A stretch of DNA of 64,000 nucleotides from an uncultured cyanobacterium (GCA_963803805.1 CAWDOD010000011.1:416001-480000); one strand, 5' to 3'; shown: positions 18,636-29,740, counted from the first letter of the stretch. Notes: a model not told the origin generated them from the sequence alone. Numbers and translations: made by a program.

Positions 18636-19733
18636 TTAAAAAGAAACTATTAAATAACCATCTTGAAACTTTGCACCTTTAACAGGACGGCCACTTAATT
18701 GAGGTGGTAGCTTGAGGTTGCGTCGTTGATCTCCTGCTTCAATGGTAATTTCTGGCCCATATTGGGTTAGTTTCACCTGCTTTTTCGCTAATCCCGGTAG
18801 AAACAAACGTACTTCACGAGTTGTTGTGTTGATTTCTACAGGTTTGGGAACTTGAGGAACTGTCCTTAAATTAGGTAAAGCGTCAATTAAGTTTTGCCAA
18901 TCATTTCCTTGGCGTTTTGGTAAAGGAGTTACCGTTAAAGGAGCAAACTCTGTGGCGATCTCATCTTTGGTTTCCCCTTGATTAAGCAAAGTTCCCCCCA
19001 CCGTTAAACCCACTTGTTGAGCGCTGCCCCAAAGATATTTCGCTGTGGCGATCGCAATGGGGTCATCATTGGTAACTAAATAAGCGACTACTCGGTTAGG
19101 ATCTGCTAAAGCGGCTTTGCCATCTTCTAACATATCACTAGCTTCATTAGTGGGTTCTTTAGCGAAATTATCTGCTGTCCAGCTTACATTGAGTATGGCA
19201 CTGCTTACCGGTTGAATAAAAGGACTAATCGCTTTTCCCACATCAGAATCAATAAATACCTGACGGAAGCGGCGAATATACCAGCTTAAACTTTCCGGAA
19301 TGCCCAACATCTTCAAGGTTGTCAAGTTCCCAGGGCCATCATAAATAATCACATCATATTCACCACCAGCATTGTATTCCCGAATCGCATTTAAAGCCAG
19401 GGCGCTATCCATCCCAGGTAAAACACTTAATTCTTGACCATAAACATTTTTTAAGGTCGGCGATCGCAAGTATTTCGCTTCCAACTTCTTAACTTCATCC
19501 CAACTGCGCTCTAACAGGGTTGTAGATTGTAATTGGACAACCTTGAGGTTTGGGGCTATTTCTTGGGGTTCAGAGGTTGTAGGAAGCCCCAGGAGGAGAC
19601 TAAAACCAGGGGTAGGGTCTTGTCCTGCCAACAGAACACGAGAACCTTGTGCAGAAAGCTGTTTAGCTGCGGCGATCGCTACTGTCGTGCAACCACTACC
19701 GCCTTTCCCTAAAAAAGTGAGTATTTGTGCCAT
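18636..19733 (-). CDS. ArsA/Get3-family ATPase with C-terminal HSP20-like domain
   Basis: TFLGKGGSGCTT P-loop variant, LPGMDSALAL, C-terminal VKLTQYGPEITIEAGDQRRN; start set at MAQILTF. Confidence 0.85.
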   Translation of the reverse strand: MAQILTFLGKGGSGCTTVAIAAAKQLSAQGSRVLLAGQDPTPGFSLLLGLPTTSEPQEIAPNLKVVQLQSTTLLERSWDEVKKLEAKYLRSPTLKNVYGQELSVLPGMDSALALNAIREYNAGGEYDVIIYDGPGNLTTLKMLGIPESLSWYIRRFRQVFIDSDVGKAISPFIQPVSSAILNVSWTADNFAKEPTNEASDMLEDGKAALADPNRVVAYLVTNDDPIAIATAKYLWGSAQQVGLTVGGTLLNQGETKDEIATEFAPLTVTPLPKRQGNDWQNLIDALPNLRTVPQVPKPVEINTTTREVRLFLPGLAKKQVKLTQYGPEITIEAGDQRRNLKLPPQLSGRPVKGAKFQDGYLIVSF

Positions 19734-19929
19734 GTCATTGTAGTTTGAAAAAATATAATTTTCAGGGCGCAAACCTTGCGCCCAAAGTGAGAAAGAAGTT
19801 TGTCTTTTCTAATAGCTAGTAGTCTATCAAAACTAAATTTGAGGATAGCTTAACTATCAAATATACTACCCCTAACCTCTGACCTCTGACCCGTCAATTT
19901 TCAATTGACAGACCACCAGTTACCAGATC

Positions 19930-20127
19930 CTATGATCCTACTTCTCTAAGTTCATCTTCAAAAAACCAAGTAGCGGAGTTATCTTCAAACTTCACCACTG
20001 CACCAACACCACTACCGTCAGTCATTTTGAAGTCCTTAATAACACCAACTTTACCCAGTTTTCCCAAGATGCCAGGTGCGACGCGATCTCTAAGACGGCA
20101 GACTTGTACTTTTTGCCCGATTTCCAT
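19930..20127 (-). CDS. petP: Cytochrome b6f-associated PetP (DUF2862)
   Basis: MEIGQKVQVCRLRDRV...KMTDGSGVGAVVKFEDNSATWFFEDEL. Confidence 0.85.
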   Translation of the reverse strand: MEIGQKVQVCRLRDRVAPGILGKLGKVGVIKDFKMTDGSGVGAVVKFEDNSATWFFEDELREVGS

Positions 20128-20371
20128 TGCTAGTTTGTAGTTTAGTAAACAATTTTAAAGTTTACGGCAAAACATAGTCACTCAGGTAATTTGTTTTCGA
20201 GAGTATAAAATCCCAACATGATTTTAAGTAAAAAGATTGAGTTATAGGTGTAGTAGGCTACATTATTTTTAGCATAAAGGAGTGACAATAAAGGGTGGTT
20301 CCCCAAAAAAGGGGAAATGTCAATTAGTATTGTAAACGGCGACCTTTTGGATTGGTAGATGTTGGTGAGTT

Positions 20372-22066
20372 ATGAAACCTCGAATCATTGTCTCTGGCTT
20401 AGGTCGTACTGGTTATAAAATTTTCTGTTTATTGCGGCAACAGGGAGCAAATGTTGTAGCCATTAGTGACCGTTCTTTTCCTAGCGAACGTGGCGACGAC
20501 GTTATTATTGGCGATTTACGTGCAGCTTCTACCCTAATCACAGCGGGTATTCGGCAAGCTAACACCCTCGTTCTTTGTAGTGATGATGATGGGCTTAACT
20601 TAGCCATTTTAACTCAAGCAAGGGTAATTAATCCTCACATTCGCATTGTAAATCGTATCTTCAATGAAACCCTAGGAGAACGCTTAGACAAAATTTTACC
20701 CCATCACTTTTCCATGAGCGTTTCTGAATGGGCAGCTCCTATTTTTGCCTTTGCTGCTTTTGGCAGTCAAGCCATTGGGCAATTACAATTATTTAACAAA
20801 ACTTGGCCTATTTACGAAGAAATCATTGATGCTAACCATCCTTGGCTAGGAATGCCTTTAAGCCAGCTTTGGACTAGCTTGGAGAGGATGTTAATCTATT
20901 ACTTACCAGCTAGGGGTGAGAAAGACTTGGTTTCTGCGGTGGTAGATGGGGATAAGTTGGAGTTAGGGGATCATTTAGTTGTTGGCACTAAACCGAAAGT
21001 TAGTCGGAATCGTCGCCCCAAACCTTTAGCATTCTTCAAAGCTTTTAGTAACTTTGCTGAGTTTAGTCGTCATGGTCGTCCTATCGCCATCGTCATGATC
21101 GCTTTATTGGTAATGATTTTACTAGCTACTGTCACCTATGTCTGCGTTAACTTCAACACTTCCATAGTAGATGCCCTCTACTTCTCTGTAGGCATGATAA
21201 CCGGGGCAGGAGGGCAAGAACAAGTAGCGGAACAAGCACCCGATAGCATCAAGCTGTTTACAGCGATCATGATGATTGTCGGGGCAGGAGTAATTGGTAT
21301 TTGTTATGCCCTAATTAATGATTTCGTTTTAGGTAGTCGCCTCAAACAGTTTTGGGATGCAGCCAGGATTCCCCATCGCAACCACTATATCGTTTGCGGT
21401 TTAGGGGAAATTGGCATGAAAATTGTCCATCAACTCCTCAAACAAGGAGAAGAAGTGGTGGTAATTGAAAAAGATCATAACAATCGCTTTCTCCACACAA
21501 CCCGTTCTTTGGGAGTCCCTGTAATCATTGAAGACTCTCGCATTGCCAATACCCTCAAAGCCGCCAATATTGCCCAAGCTGCGGCAATTCTAGCCGTAAC
21601 TAGTGATGATATGGCTAATGTCGAAATTGCCCTTTGTGCCAAAGCAATCACTTCTCGCTTAACTGTAGTCGCCCGTAACCGAGAACCTCAGTTTGCTGAA
21701 TCTGTACAACAAGTATTTGGTTTTGACAATGTACTTTGTCCAACAGAGTTAGCGACACCTTCCTTTGTCGCAGCAGCTTTGGGTGGTCAAGTTTTAGGCC
21801 ATGGTATGACAGATGATCTCCTCTGGATAGCCCTAGGCACTCTGATTACTCCAGCTCATCCTTTTTGTAACAAAACCGTTCAGGATGCAGCAATGGATGC
21901 AGACTTTGTTCCTTTGTATTTAGATAGCAACAGCCAAACAATCCACGGCTGGAAACTCCTAGAAATTGTTCTTCAACCAGGAGATATTCTCTATTTAACC
22001 ATGCCTGCTACTGGGTTAGAGTTATTGTGGCGTGTTGATGATTCATTGCCTGTATTAAGTTATTAA
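20372..22066 (+). CDS. Potassium channel protein with TrkA-N/RCK domains
   Basis: Two Rossmann GLG motifs (GLGRTG, GLGEIG) flanking a two-TM pore region (DALYFSVGMITGAGG). Confidence 0.85.
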   Translation: MKPRIIVSGLGRTGYKIFCLLRQQGANVVAISDRSFPSERGDDVIIGDLRAASTLITAGIRQANTLVLCSDDDGLNLAILTQARVINPHIRIVNRIFNETLGERLDKILPHHFSMSVSEWAAPIFAFAAFGSQAIGQLQLFNKTWPIYEEIIDANHPWLGMPLSQLWTSLERMLIYYLPARGEKDLVSAVVDGDKLELGDHLVVGTKPKVSRNRRPKPLAFFKAFSNFAEFSRHGRPIAIVMIALLVMILLATVTYVCVNFNTSIVDALYFSVGMITGAGGQEQVAEQAPDSIKLFTAIMMIVGAGVIGICYALINDFVLGSRLKQFWDAARIPHRNHYIVCGLGEIGMKIVHQLLKQGEEVVVIEKDHNNRFLHTTRSLGVPVIIEDSRIANTLKAANIAQAAAILAVTSDDMANVEIALCAKAITSRLTVVARNREPQFAESVQQVFGFDNVLCPTELATPSFVAAALGGQVLGHGMTDDLLWIALGTLITPAHPFCNKTVQDAAMDADFVPLYLDSNSQTIHGWKLLEIVLQPGDILYLTMPATGLELLWRVDDSLPVLSY

Positions 22067-22067
22067 T

Positions 22068-22240
22068 TTGCTAATTGCTAATTGCTAATGGCTAGTTGCT
22101 AGTTGCTAATTGCTAATAGTGATATAAAATTCGGTTATTGACAACTAATATGAAATACTAAAAAAAGCTCACGTCCCCCTACTCCCTATTCCCTACTCCC
22201 TGCCCTTACCAATAACCTCTACTACTAACCGGATCTGATA
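22068..22240. repeat. (GCTAATT/GCTAGTT)n heptamers followed by a MITE-like element (22122-22240)
   Basis: About 7 heptamers, then TATAAAATTCGGTTA...TAACCGGATCTGATA imperfect terminal inverted repeats. Confidence 0.55.
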
Positions 22241-22252
22241 ACTGATAACTGT

Positions 22253-23092
22253 TTACTGTTCACTGTTTACTGATAACTGATAAATCTCCCGACGAGACAA
22301 AGAAGTCAACTCAGCAAGGTGGCGACTAGCTTGGGATCTTGTCATTCCTTGTTTTAATAGTTGTTGTAGTTCAAGTTTGAGTTCCGTTTCAGAAAGATTA
22401 AGGGTTGCAGTAGTTTCTGCACCAGCTACTACTAAAGTATATTCTCCCTTGGGTTGCCGTTGATTAGTATAAAGAGCGATCGCCTCTGTGATTGTACCTC
22501 GCCAAAATTCTTCGTGAAGTTTGGTTAATTCCCTAGCTACAACAATAGGACGACTTTTACCTAGAGTAATTTCTAGATCTTTTAGAGTTTGTAGTAAGTG
22601 ATGGGGGGCTTCGTAGAAAATCAGGGTGCGAGTTTCTTGTTTAATACTGTTTAATTGTTCTTGGCGAGGCTTGTTTTTGTAGGGTAAGAACCCCATAAAA
22701 ATGAAGCGTTCCCCAGACAATCCAGAAGCAGCTAGGGCAGTTATAACTGCTGTTACACCAGGGATTGGTACAACAGGAATTTCTGCTTCTATACAAGCTT
22801 TAACCAATTCGTAACCAGGATCAGAAATACTTGGCATTCCTGCATCCGTTACTAGGGCGATCGCCTCTCCTCTTTGTAAACGCTTTAGCAATTCTCGGTG
22901 GCGTTGTTGCTGGTTATATTTATGGTAACTAAGTTGGGGTGTGGTAATTTGGAAGTGTTGCAATAGCTTACCTGTATGGCGAGTATCTTCAGCAGCAATC
23001 AAATCTACACTTTGAAGGATGCGTACAGCCCGAAAGGTCATATCTTCTAAGTTACCAATAGGAGTACCGACGAGATAAAGAGTTTTAGACAT
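22253..23092 (-). CDS. rsmI: 16S rRNA (cytidine1402-2'-O)-methyltransferase
   Basis: LYLVGTPIGNLEDMTFRA, AAEDTRHT, DAGMPSISDPG, ARELTKLHEEF. Confidence 0.95.
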   Translation of the reverse strand: MSKTLYLVGTPIGNLEDMTFRAVRILQSVDLIAAEDTRHTGKLLQHFQITTPQLSYHKYNQQQRHRELLKRLQRGEAIALVTDAGMPSISDPGYELVKACIEAEIPVVPIPGVTAVITALAASGLSGERFIFMGFLPYKNKPRQEQLNSIKQETRTLIFYEAPHHLLQTLKDLEITLGKSRPIVVARELTKLHEEFWRGTITEAIALYTNQRQPKGEYTLVVAGAETTATLNLSETELKLELQQLLKQGMTRSQASRHLAELTSLSRREIYQLSVNSEQ

Positions 23093-23138
23093 TGAACATT
23101 TATCATTTAACATCTAGCAGGATCTTGTGTTCCTCCTG

Positions 23139-24155
23139 TTACCCACTTTTAGTGGATTTAGAGGAGAGAAAGGGCATAATATCAGGGCCAGAAGGTATTA
23201 TTCCTCCGGGGTTAAGGGGAAAAAGATTACCGTAATAATCTCGTTTCACGCTGTCGAGATCACAAGTATCAGCAACCCCTGGTAACTGATAAATGTCTCG
23301 CAAATAAGGGCCAAGGTTTGCATAGTCTTGAATTCTGCGGCGGTTGCATTTGAATAGTCCGTAATACACTACATCAAAACGGAACAGAGTAGTAAATAAA
23401 CGCACATCCGCTAAAGTCAATTGTTTACCGCAGAGATAACGACTAGTTGCTAAAGCAGTATCAATTTCATCTAAAGTAGTGAAAAGTTCCTCACAAGCTT
23501 GGTTATACGCTTCCTGGGTTTGGGCAAAGCCGCAGCGATAGACACCGTTGTTAACAGCATGGTAAATTTTTTCATTCCACCATGCAATTTTTTCCTGCAA
23601 TGTCTCCGGATATAGATTGAGGTTAGGATTTGTTCCATAGTCATTAAATTGAGAGTTCAACATGATAATAATTTCTGCACTCTCATTATTCACAATCGTC
23701 TTGGTTTGGGTATCCCATAACACCGGAACAGTGCAACGCCCCTGATAACCTGGCTTAGCTAAATTGTATAATTGAGGGATAGTTTGACAACCTTCTTCTT
23801 CTTGATCAAATACCCAAATTCCCGCTTCAGCAGCAGGAGAGACAATGGACACAGGCACAACCTCTTCTAATCCCTTGAGAGTTCTTGTTACCAAGGTACG
23901 ATGCGCCCAAGGGCAACCTAGCCCTGCATAAAGGCGATAGCGTCCTTTCTGGGCAGGATAAGTTTCTGTGCCAACAGAGTTGCGAAACTGACTTTCTGGA
24001 CGAATGTAAGCCCCGGATTTGTTACGGGGGGCTAGTTGCGACATCATAATTTGCCACATGGTTGTCCAAGCGAATTTTCCCAGTTTGATAATAAATTTAC
24101 CGGGAAGAGATTTGCTTGACTTTTTTTGTTGTTTAAAAGAGTTGGGCTGAGGCAT
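23139..24155 (-). CDS. Glutathionyl-hydroquinone reductase (YqjG/ECM4-like GST)
   Basis: CPWAHR, TVPVLWD, IVNNESAEI, VNNGVYRCGFA. Confidence 0.9.
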   Translation of the reverse strand: MPQPNSFKQQKKSSKSLPGKFIIKLGKFAWTTMWQIMMSQLAPRNKSGAYIRPESQFRNSVGTETYPAQKGRYRLYAGLGCPWAHRTLVTRTLKGLEEVVPVSIVSPAAEAGIWVFDQEEEGCQTIPQLYNLAKPGYQGRCTVPVLWDTQTKTIVNNESAEIIIMLNSQFNDYGTNPNLNLYPETLQEKIAWWNEKIYHAVNNGVYRCGFAQTQEAYNQACEELFTTLDEIDTALATSRYLCGKQLTLADVRLFTTLFRFDVVYYGLFKCNRRRIQDYANLGPYLRDIYQLPGVADTCDLDSVKRDYYGNLFPLNPGGIIPSGPDIMPFLSSKSTKSG

Positions 24156-24248
24156 TTATCATTTATCATTAAATATTTATCATTCCCTATCCTTGATTTT
24201 CCCAAAAAGGCTGCTTTGGGCATGAAGTAATTAAAGCAGTTCTTAAAT

Positions 24249-24632
24249 TTGTTTATGAAATTACTTAACCAAAAATCTAATCATCTCTCTGTCAAAGTTC
24301 TTGCTAGTATTTACGGCGCTATACTACTAACAATTTTAATTTTAGCTTATACTGGCAATCTACCTACTTGGTTAAGTCGCATACCTTATTACGATACCAT
24401 AGGGCATTTTGTTCTTTATGGAATTGCCACCTATTTAGGTCATCTAGTCTTCAAACACCGCAAACTCAAATTATTGGGTTATATTTTGCCTTTATGGCCA
24501 GTTTTATTTGGCTTTTTTACTATCGTAGAAGAGTTTATCCAAGGATTTTCTCCTAACCGTAGTTTGACTGTTTTGGATTTAGTGGCTAGCTTAATTGGTA
24601 TTTCCTTTGGTTATTGGTTAGCAAAAAAATAA
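24249..24632 (+). CDS. VanZ-like membrane protein
   Basis: YDTIGHFVLYG, EEFIQGFSPNRS, DLVASLIG. Confidence 0.7.
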   Translation: MFMKLLNQKSNHLSVKVLASIYGAILLTILILAYTGNLPTWLSRIPYYDTIGHFVLYGIATYLGHLVFKHRKLKLLGYILPLWPVLFGFFTIVEEFIQGFSPNRSLTVLDLVASLIGISFGYWLAKK

Positions 24633-24654
24633 CATTGCCAATCTTACCTATCGG

Positions 24655-25194
24655 CTATTTAACACACTTCGTCCCCTTCCTAGTCTCCCACTCTCCCTTG
24701 ATGTTAAACAAAACTAGGCATTGTCTTCCTGTACCTGCTTGGAGGGTAATACGCCCCAATTGTCCCCAGGAACCTCCATAACCAGCATTAGTATCAGCCC
24801 AACTAACTCGGTAAATTTTACCATCGTTGCCAGCGACACCACTCACGGTACGCAAAGTAGAGTTTTCTTCATCAATACTTACCCCTCGTGGTAAGTATTG
24901 CCAAGAAGTCACCGAGTCACAGTATTTGCCTTGTACTTGGGCATAAACTACCTGATTCGAGGCTGATTCTGCCATGCAGATAGTTGAGGGAATGTTGCCA
25001 CTATCCGTGGCATCAAGACGGGTTTCTTTCCAGAATTGAGACAACTCAAATATAGCAGCCCGAAGCTTAAATTTAGAGACAATTTGAAATATAGAAGGAA
25101 GAGCAATAGCAACAATAATTCCGATAATAATCATGACAATCATTACCTCGATTAGGGTAAACCCCCCTTGCTTGTCTGGTGGCTGCAATCTCAT
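24655..25194 (-). CDS. Prepilin-type (type IV minor pilin/FimT-like) protein
   Basis: GFTLIEVMIVMIIIGII class III signal peptide. Confidence 0.85.
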   Translation of the reverse strand: MRLQPPDKQGGFTLIEVMIVMIIIGIIVAIALPSIFQIVSKFKLRAAIFELSQFWKETRLDATDSGNIPSTICMAESASNQVVYAQVQGKYCDSVTSWQYLPRGVSIDEENSTLRTVSGVAGNDGKIYRVSWADTNAGYGGSWGQLGRITLQAGTGRQCLVLFNIKGEWETRKGTKCVK

Positions 25195-25393
25195 CTAAGT
25201 AGAAATTTACTAGCTTGGCAATTAAAATTGCGATCGCTCCTACTATTTTGCATTGCTAGTTTATACCTGAAAGTTGCTAATTTTCTTCCATTAGAGTAAC
25301 AAACACAAGTATCTTTAGCAATAGTAAACCAGTATTACTAGTAATAAGACAAGACAACAGATTTATAACAAATTTGCCAGTTATGGGTAAAAA

Positions 25394-26380
25394 TTATCCC
25401 AAACCTAACTCCCGTTTCAATAAATTAATTGATTTAAAACCTATGTAATTCTCGCTACAAATCAACTCAGGATGACGGATTAAATCTTCTCTAGCATCTA
25501 AAATCGCCTTTTTAACTGAGTCGTAACTGGCGCGATCGCTAATAATAGTTTGTGCAGAACGTACTAAAGCATTAAGCTTATAACCATCAGTAACTTGAGC
25601 GCTCATAATCAAAATTTCGTCTCCCCTCAAACTATAAACCAAAATTTCGGCAATTTTGAGGATACCCGCACTCAGACTAACCAAACCCACACAACTACCC
25701 TTGGACAAAGTTTTAATGATATCCATTTCTTTGCCATAATCATAAATGTCCACAGGAATAACACGTACAGATTTAGGGGCCGCAATTTCCTCTGCTTCCC
25801 CAATAAAATAACGGCTAGTAACTACTGTGCCAGAGTGGGTTTGTTCTAATACCTTCTCTAATTCTTCCATAGGAACGAGTTGTACAGGAATGCCTAAAGA
25901 CTTTTCTAATTCATGTACCATTAATTCCCCCGCCCCTAAATCTCTTGAAGGTACGGTAACTAATACCCTAGCACTACAGCGCAAGCGCCAGTCAATTTCT
26001 GACAAAAATAAATCCCTGGCTTGAGTGAGGCTACAACCTTTAGCTAGCAATTCATCTAAACTTCTCTGGACTAACTTATAGGCTTCTTGGGGGTATTTAT
26101 CTAGCATAGGAGAACTTAACTGAGTTCCCCCTTCATGTCCTTGCGCCCTAACATAAATACCTGAACCTGCTTGAGACTCTACTAAGCCAGTTTCTTCTAA
26201 TTGGCGATACACCTTGCTGATAGTATTGCGGTGTAGCCCAGTAATCATCGCTAGCTGTCGGGTACTTGGTAGCCGATGTCCAGGGGGAAACTGCCGAGAG
26301 GCGATCGCAAACTGAATTTGGTCAAACAGTTGTTTGGAAGATGGTATTTCGCTGTCTGGCTGAATATTGAATTGAACCAT
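25394..26380 (-). CDS. plmA: GntR-family regulator PlmA
   Basis: VQFNIQPDSEIPSSKQLFDQIQFAIASRQFPPGHRLPSTRQLAMITGLHRNTISKVY; start set at MVQF. Confidence 0.85.
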   Translation of the reverse strand: MVQFNIQPDSEIPSSKQLFDQIQFAIASRQFPPGHRLPSTRQLAMITGLHRNTISKVYRQLEETGLVESQAGSGIYVRAQGHEGGTQLSSPMLDKYPQEAYKLVQRSLDELLAKGCSLTQARDLFLSEIDWRLRCSARVLVTVPSRDLGAGELMVHELEKSLGIPVQLVPMEELEKVLEQTHSGTVVTSRYFIGEAEEIAAPKSVRVIPVDIYDYGKEMDIIKTLSKGSCVGLVSLSAGILKIAEILVYSLRGDEILIMSAQVTDGYKLNALVRSAQTIISDRASYDSVKKAILDAREDLIRHPELICSENYIGFKSINLLKRELGLG

Positions 26381-26675
26381 TCTGCCAGTATTAACTGAGG
26401 ACTCTAAAACCATGATTGTAAGAGATTCTGCCCATAAATTAAGTGCCAGTCTTAAGTCTAGTGTAGGCTGATTAAACTAAGTTGAGTTGCGTTTGTAGGA
26501 AAAATTAAGCTAGTAGTTCAGTTAATAGGGAATAGGAAAATAGTCAACAGTCAATAGTTAATACAGCTTATAACTAGAGACAGAGTATTAAATACAACCA
26601 TAACTCTTCTTAGGAATGATGATTTGAACAACTAAGAAACCGCACAATGAGAATCTAGTGTTATCAAGAGAATCA

Positions 26676-27344
26676 ATGCTTAAAGCCGTCATTTTTGATG
26701 TCGATGGAACCTTAGTAGACTCTGTTAAATTTCATGCCCAAGCTTGGGTGAAAGCTTTCCAGGAATATGGTTATAAATTTCCCTATGAAGAAATACGCAA
26801 GCAAATAGGTAAAGGGGGGGACTATATCATTCAAGATTTTATCTCTCAAGAAGAATTTGAACAATTAGGTGAGAAAATTTCCCAGTACCGCAAAGAATAT
26901 TACCAAGATAGTTTGTTGCCGAAAGTAGAACCTTTTTCTCAAGTTAAAGAACTTTTTGCACGACTAAGAGAAGATGGTCTTCAGGTGGTACTTGCTTCTT
27001 CTGGTAGAAAAGAATCAATTGCCCATTATCAAAAGTTGTTAAATATTGAAGACCTGATAGATAATTATACCTGTGGCGATGACGTAGAAAAATCTAAACC
27101 TAATCCCGATATCTTCACCACTGCCATGGAAAAACTGGAAAATATCAAACCAGAAGAAGCGATCGTGATCGGAGATAGTCCCTACGATGCCCAAGCAGCG
27201 CTAAAAGTGCCTCTTCGCACCGTAGGAGTTCTTTGTGGTGGTTTTTCAGAAGAGGTGTTGAGGGAAGCAGGTTGTATCGCTATTTATGAAGATCCAGCCG
27301 ATATTCTAGCCCATTACGAACAATCTCCTTTGTATCCTGCTTAA
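26676..27344 (+). CDS. HAD-superfamily hydrolase
   Basis: FDVDGTL, KPNPDIF, IGDSPYD. Confidence 0.9.
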   Translation: MLKAVIFDVDGTLVDSVKFHAQAWVKAFQEYGYKFPYEEIRKQIGKGGDYIIQDFISQEEFEQLGEKISQYRKEYYQDSLLPKVEPFSQVKELFARLREDGLQVVLASSGRKESIAHYQKLLNIEDLIDNYTCGDDVEKSKPNPDIFTTAMEKLENIKPEEAIVIGDSPYDAQAALKVPLRTVGVLCGGFSEEVLREAGCIAIYEDPADILAHYEQSPLYPA

Positions 27345-27397
27345 TAAATGTTTAATGATAAATAGATAAATGTTTCATGTTATGAACAGGAGTTAAT

Positions 27398-28342
27398 GTG
27401 GAAGTGGGAGCAACGAAAAAAACGATTTTTGTGGCAATGGGTGGTAATTTAACCATCGCTGTGGTCAAGTTTATTACCGCTAGTATTAGTGGTAGTTCTG
27501 CAATGTTATCGGAAGGGATTCATTCTTTAGTAGATACAGGGAATGAATTATTTTTGTTGTTGGGAGTACGCAAGGCTCAAAAACCTGCCGATGCCAGTCA
27601 TCCTTTCGGTTACAGCCAAGAACTCTACTTTTGGACTCTTGTTGTTGCTTTCGGTATTTTTGCAGTAGGGGGCGGTACATCTATTTATGAAGGTATCAAC
27701 CACATTCTCAATCCCCATCCGGTAGAAGATCCTAAGTGGAATTATTTTGTGCTGGGCTTTGCTGCTATTGTTGAAGGCTATGCCTGGAGTGTGGCTTTCC
27801 GGGAATTTCGCACCCAAATGAAGGGGAAAAATATTTGGCAAGCTATTCGTAGAAGTAAAGATCCAACTGTACTAACTATTTTATTTGAAGATTCAGCCGC
27901 TTTATTAGGTTTATTAATTGCCTTTTTTGGCATTTTCTTGGGACATTTATTAAATAACCCTTACTTAGATGGGGTAGCTTCAATTATTATTGGTTTACTT
28001 CTTGGTATAGTTGCTATTGTTTTAGGTTACGAAAGTAAAGGGTTATTGATTGGTGAGGGGGCAGATCCAGAAAAGGTTACTAGTATTCGCCTGCTGGCTA
28101 GCACCGATCCAGCTATTGCTCAAGTTGTGCGCTTACTTACTCTACATTTTGGTCCAGAAGACATTTTACTCAACCTAGACCTTGAATTTAAAAGCAATTT
28201 ATCTAGTACAGAAGTAGCAGAAGCAATTGAGCGTTTAGAAGCAAAAATCACGACTCAATACCCAGAAATCAAGCATATTTTTATTGAAACCAAGTGTTTA
28301 GGAAGCCGACTATTGGTGAAGGAAGCAGATGTAAATACCTAA
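27398..28342 (+). CDS. Cation diffusion facilitator transporter
   Basis: SAMLSEGIHSLVD, HPFGY, EDSAA. Confidence 0.9.
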   Translation: MEVGATKKTIFVAMGGNLTIAVVKFITASISGSSAMLSEGIHSLVDTGNELFLLLGVRKAQKPADASHPFGYSQELYFWTLVVAFGIFAVGGGTSIYEGINHILNPHPVEDPKWNYFVLGFAAIVEGYAWSVAFREFRTQMKGKNIWQAIRRSKDPTVLTILFEDSAALLGLLIAFFGIFLGHLLNNPYLDGVASIIIGLLLGIVAIVLGYESKGLLIGEGADPEKVTSIRLLASTDPAIAQVVRLLTLHFGPEDILLNLDLEFKSNLSSTEVAEAIERLEAKITTQYPEIKHIFIETKCLGSRLLVKEADVNT

Positions 28343-28367
28343 GTCCTGATCAACTAAGAACTAGCCA

Positions 28368-28928
28368 TTAACCATCAAGATTTTCTTGTTCCCTAATTAA
28401 GGCTACTTGAACTTGATTTTCTCCCAGTGCAGTCAAATTTACTTTGATTCCTGGACCAAAAAACTTAGCAATTTTCTCCTGTTTCTCTTGCCAGGTTTCC
28501 ATGGTTATAAATGGGGAGTCAAAATCCATTACTAATGTATAAGCCCCGTCAACTTCTTTTTCCTGTAAACTCGTTAAAATAGGTCTTTCATCATCAGTAG
28601 GGCTTAAACCTAACCTTTCTAAAGATTCGTCAAGATGTGCTTCTTGCCCATAACGGTAGCGAGTGACATCTTTGCGGACTTGGTTTTGAGTAGAGGTTGC
28701 TTGTTGTTCCCGCAACTCGACAATCTCCGGTGGAGTTGGTTCCCTATAGGGGACAGGTTTCAATTCAGCCGCTTTGAGGGCAAGTCCTCCTAATAAAATG
28801 GGAACACCATAGAAAAAACCTGCTAAATTTAAAGTAGCATTGCCTACAGCATAGGCGTAAAATCCTACTAGGGTTAAAATTCCACCTACAGCTAAACCCA
28901 AAGTACCTAAAGAAGTGCGACCAAACAT
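28368..28928 (-). CDS. DUF2854 family thylakoid membrane protein
   Basis: GFFYGVPILLGGLALKAAELKP, DVTRYRYGQEAHLD, FFGPG. Confidence 0.8.
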   Translation of the reverse strand: MFGRTSLGTLGLAVGGILTLVGFYAYAVGNATLNLAGFFYGVPILLGGLALKAAELKPVPYREPTPPEIVELREQQATSTQNQVRKDVTRYRYGQEAHLDESLERLGLSPTDDERPILTSLQEKEVDGAYTLVMDFDSPFITMETWQEKQEKIAKFFGPGIKVNLTALGENQVQVALIREQENLDG

Positions 28929-29102
28929 AATTAAATAAACTATCCTTAAAAAAATTGTTACTTCAGTGAGAATAATCAATCTGAAGTAACAACTTATAGT
29001 ATATACATCCCCTGACTCAAAAAAATTGCTGGTAACAAAATGCTTTTAGTGAGTTAAGATTGCAAATTAGAAAACTTCTTTAAACAATCTAGGTAAAAAC
29101 TC

Positions 29103-29288
29103 ATGGATAAAGCTACCATCCAAGCCAAAATTCTCCAAATAAAAAGTCGCCGCGAGTTTTTGATAAAACTAATGGAACAACCAGATTTAGGAACCTTGAG
29201 GATTGATGTTGATCAGGCTTTAGAAGAATTAGATGAGTTGATTGAAGAGTTCTATACAGTCTTTCCTGAAGAAAACTCTGTAAATTAA
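29103..29288 (+). CDS. Small conserved hypothetical protein
   Basis: 61 aa; PDLGTLRIDVDQALEELDELIEEF; AGG RBS. Confidence 0.65.
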   Translation: MDKATIQAKILQIKSRREFLIKLMEQPDLGTLRIDVDQALEELDELIEEFYTVFPEENSVN

Positions 29289-29332
29289 AAAACACTTTAA
29301 TCAACAGTATTTTTCTTGACTAATTCAGTTAT

Positions 29333-29740
29333 TTATGCAGGCTTTTTACCATGACCTTTTTGACCTAGCTGTTTAACTATTTCAATTAGGGTTTCAGTAT
29401 TAGCATCCTTGCGGCAAAAAGCATCAATACAACTGTGTTTGTTAGCCTTTCCTAGGTGCTGTTCTTCACAGGAAGAATAAGCAACAATCTGGGTAGATGG
29501 TTTAATCTTTTTGATTTGTACCGAAGCACTGAAACCATCCATAATGGGCATTTGTAGATCTAGAACAACTACATCAGGAAAATGAGCTTTGACTAAGGCA
29601 ATAGCTTCTTCTCCATTGCTGGCAAGACCAACCAACTGAAGATTTTTCTGTCTTGCTAGAGCTAGCTTAAGAGAAAAACGAGTCAGTTCATGGTCATCAA
29701 CAACAAGAATACGTAAGTCTGGCTGCTGATATGACAACAT
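29333..29740 (-). CDS. Single-domain response regulator
   Basis: VVDDH, LDLQMPIMDG, conserved K in FCRK. Confidence 0.9.
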   Translation of the reverse strand: MLSYQQPDLRILVVDDHELTRFSLKLALARQKNLQLVGLASNGEEAIALVKAHFPDVVVLDLQMPIMDGFSASVQIKKIKPSTQIVAYSSCEEQHLGKANKHSCIDAFCRKDANTETLIEIVKQLGQKGHGKKPA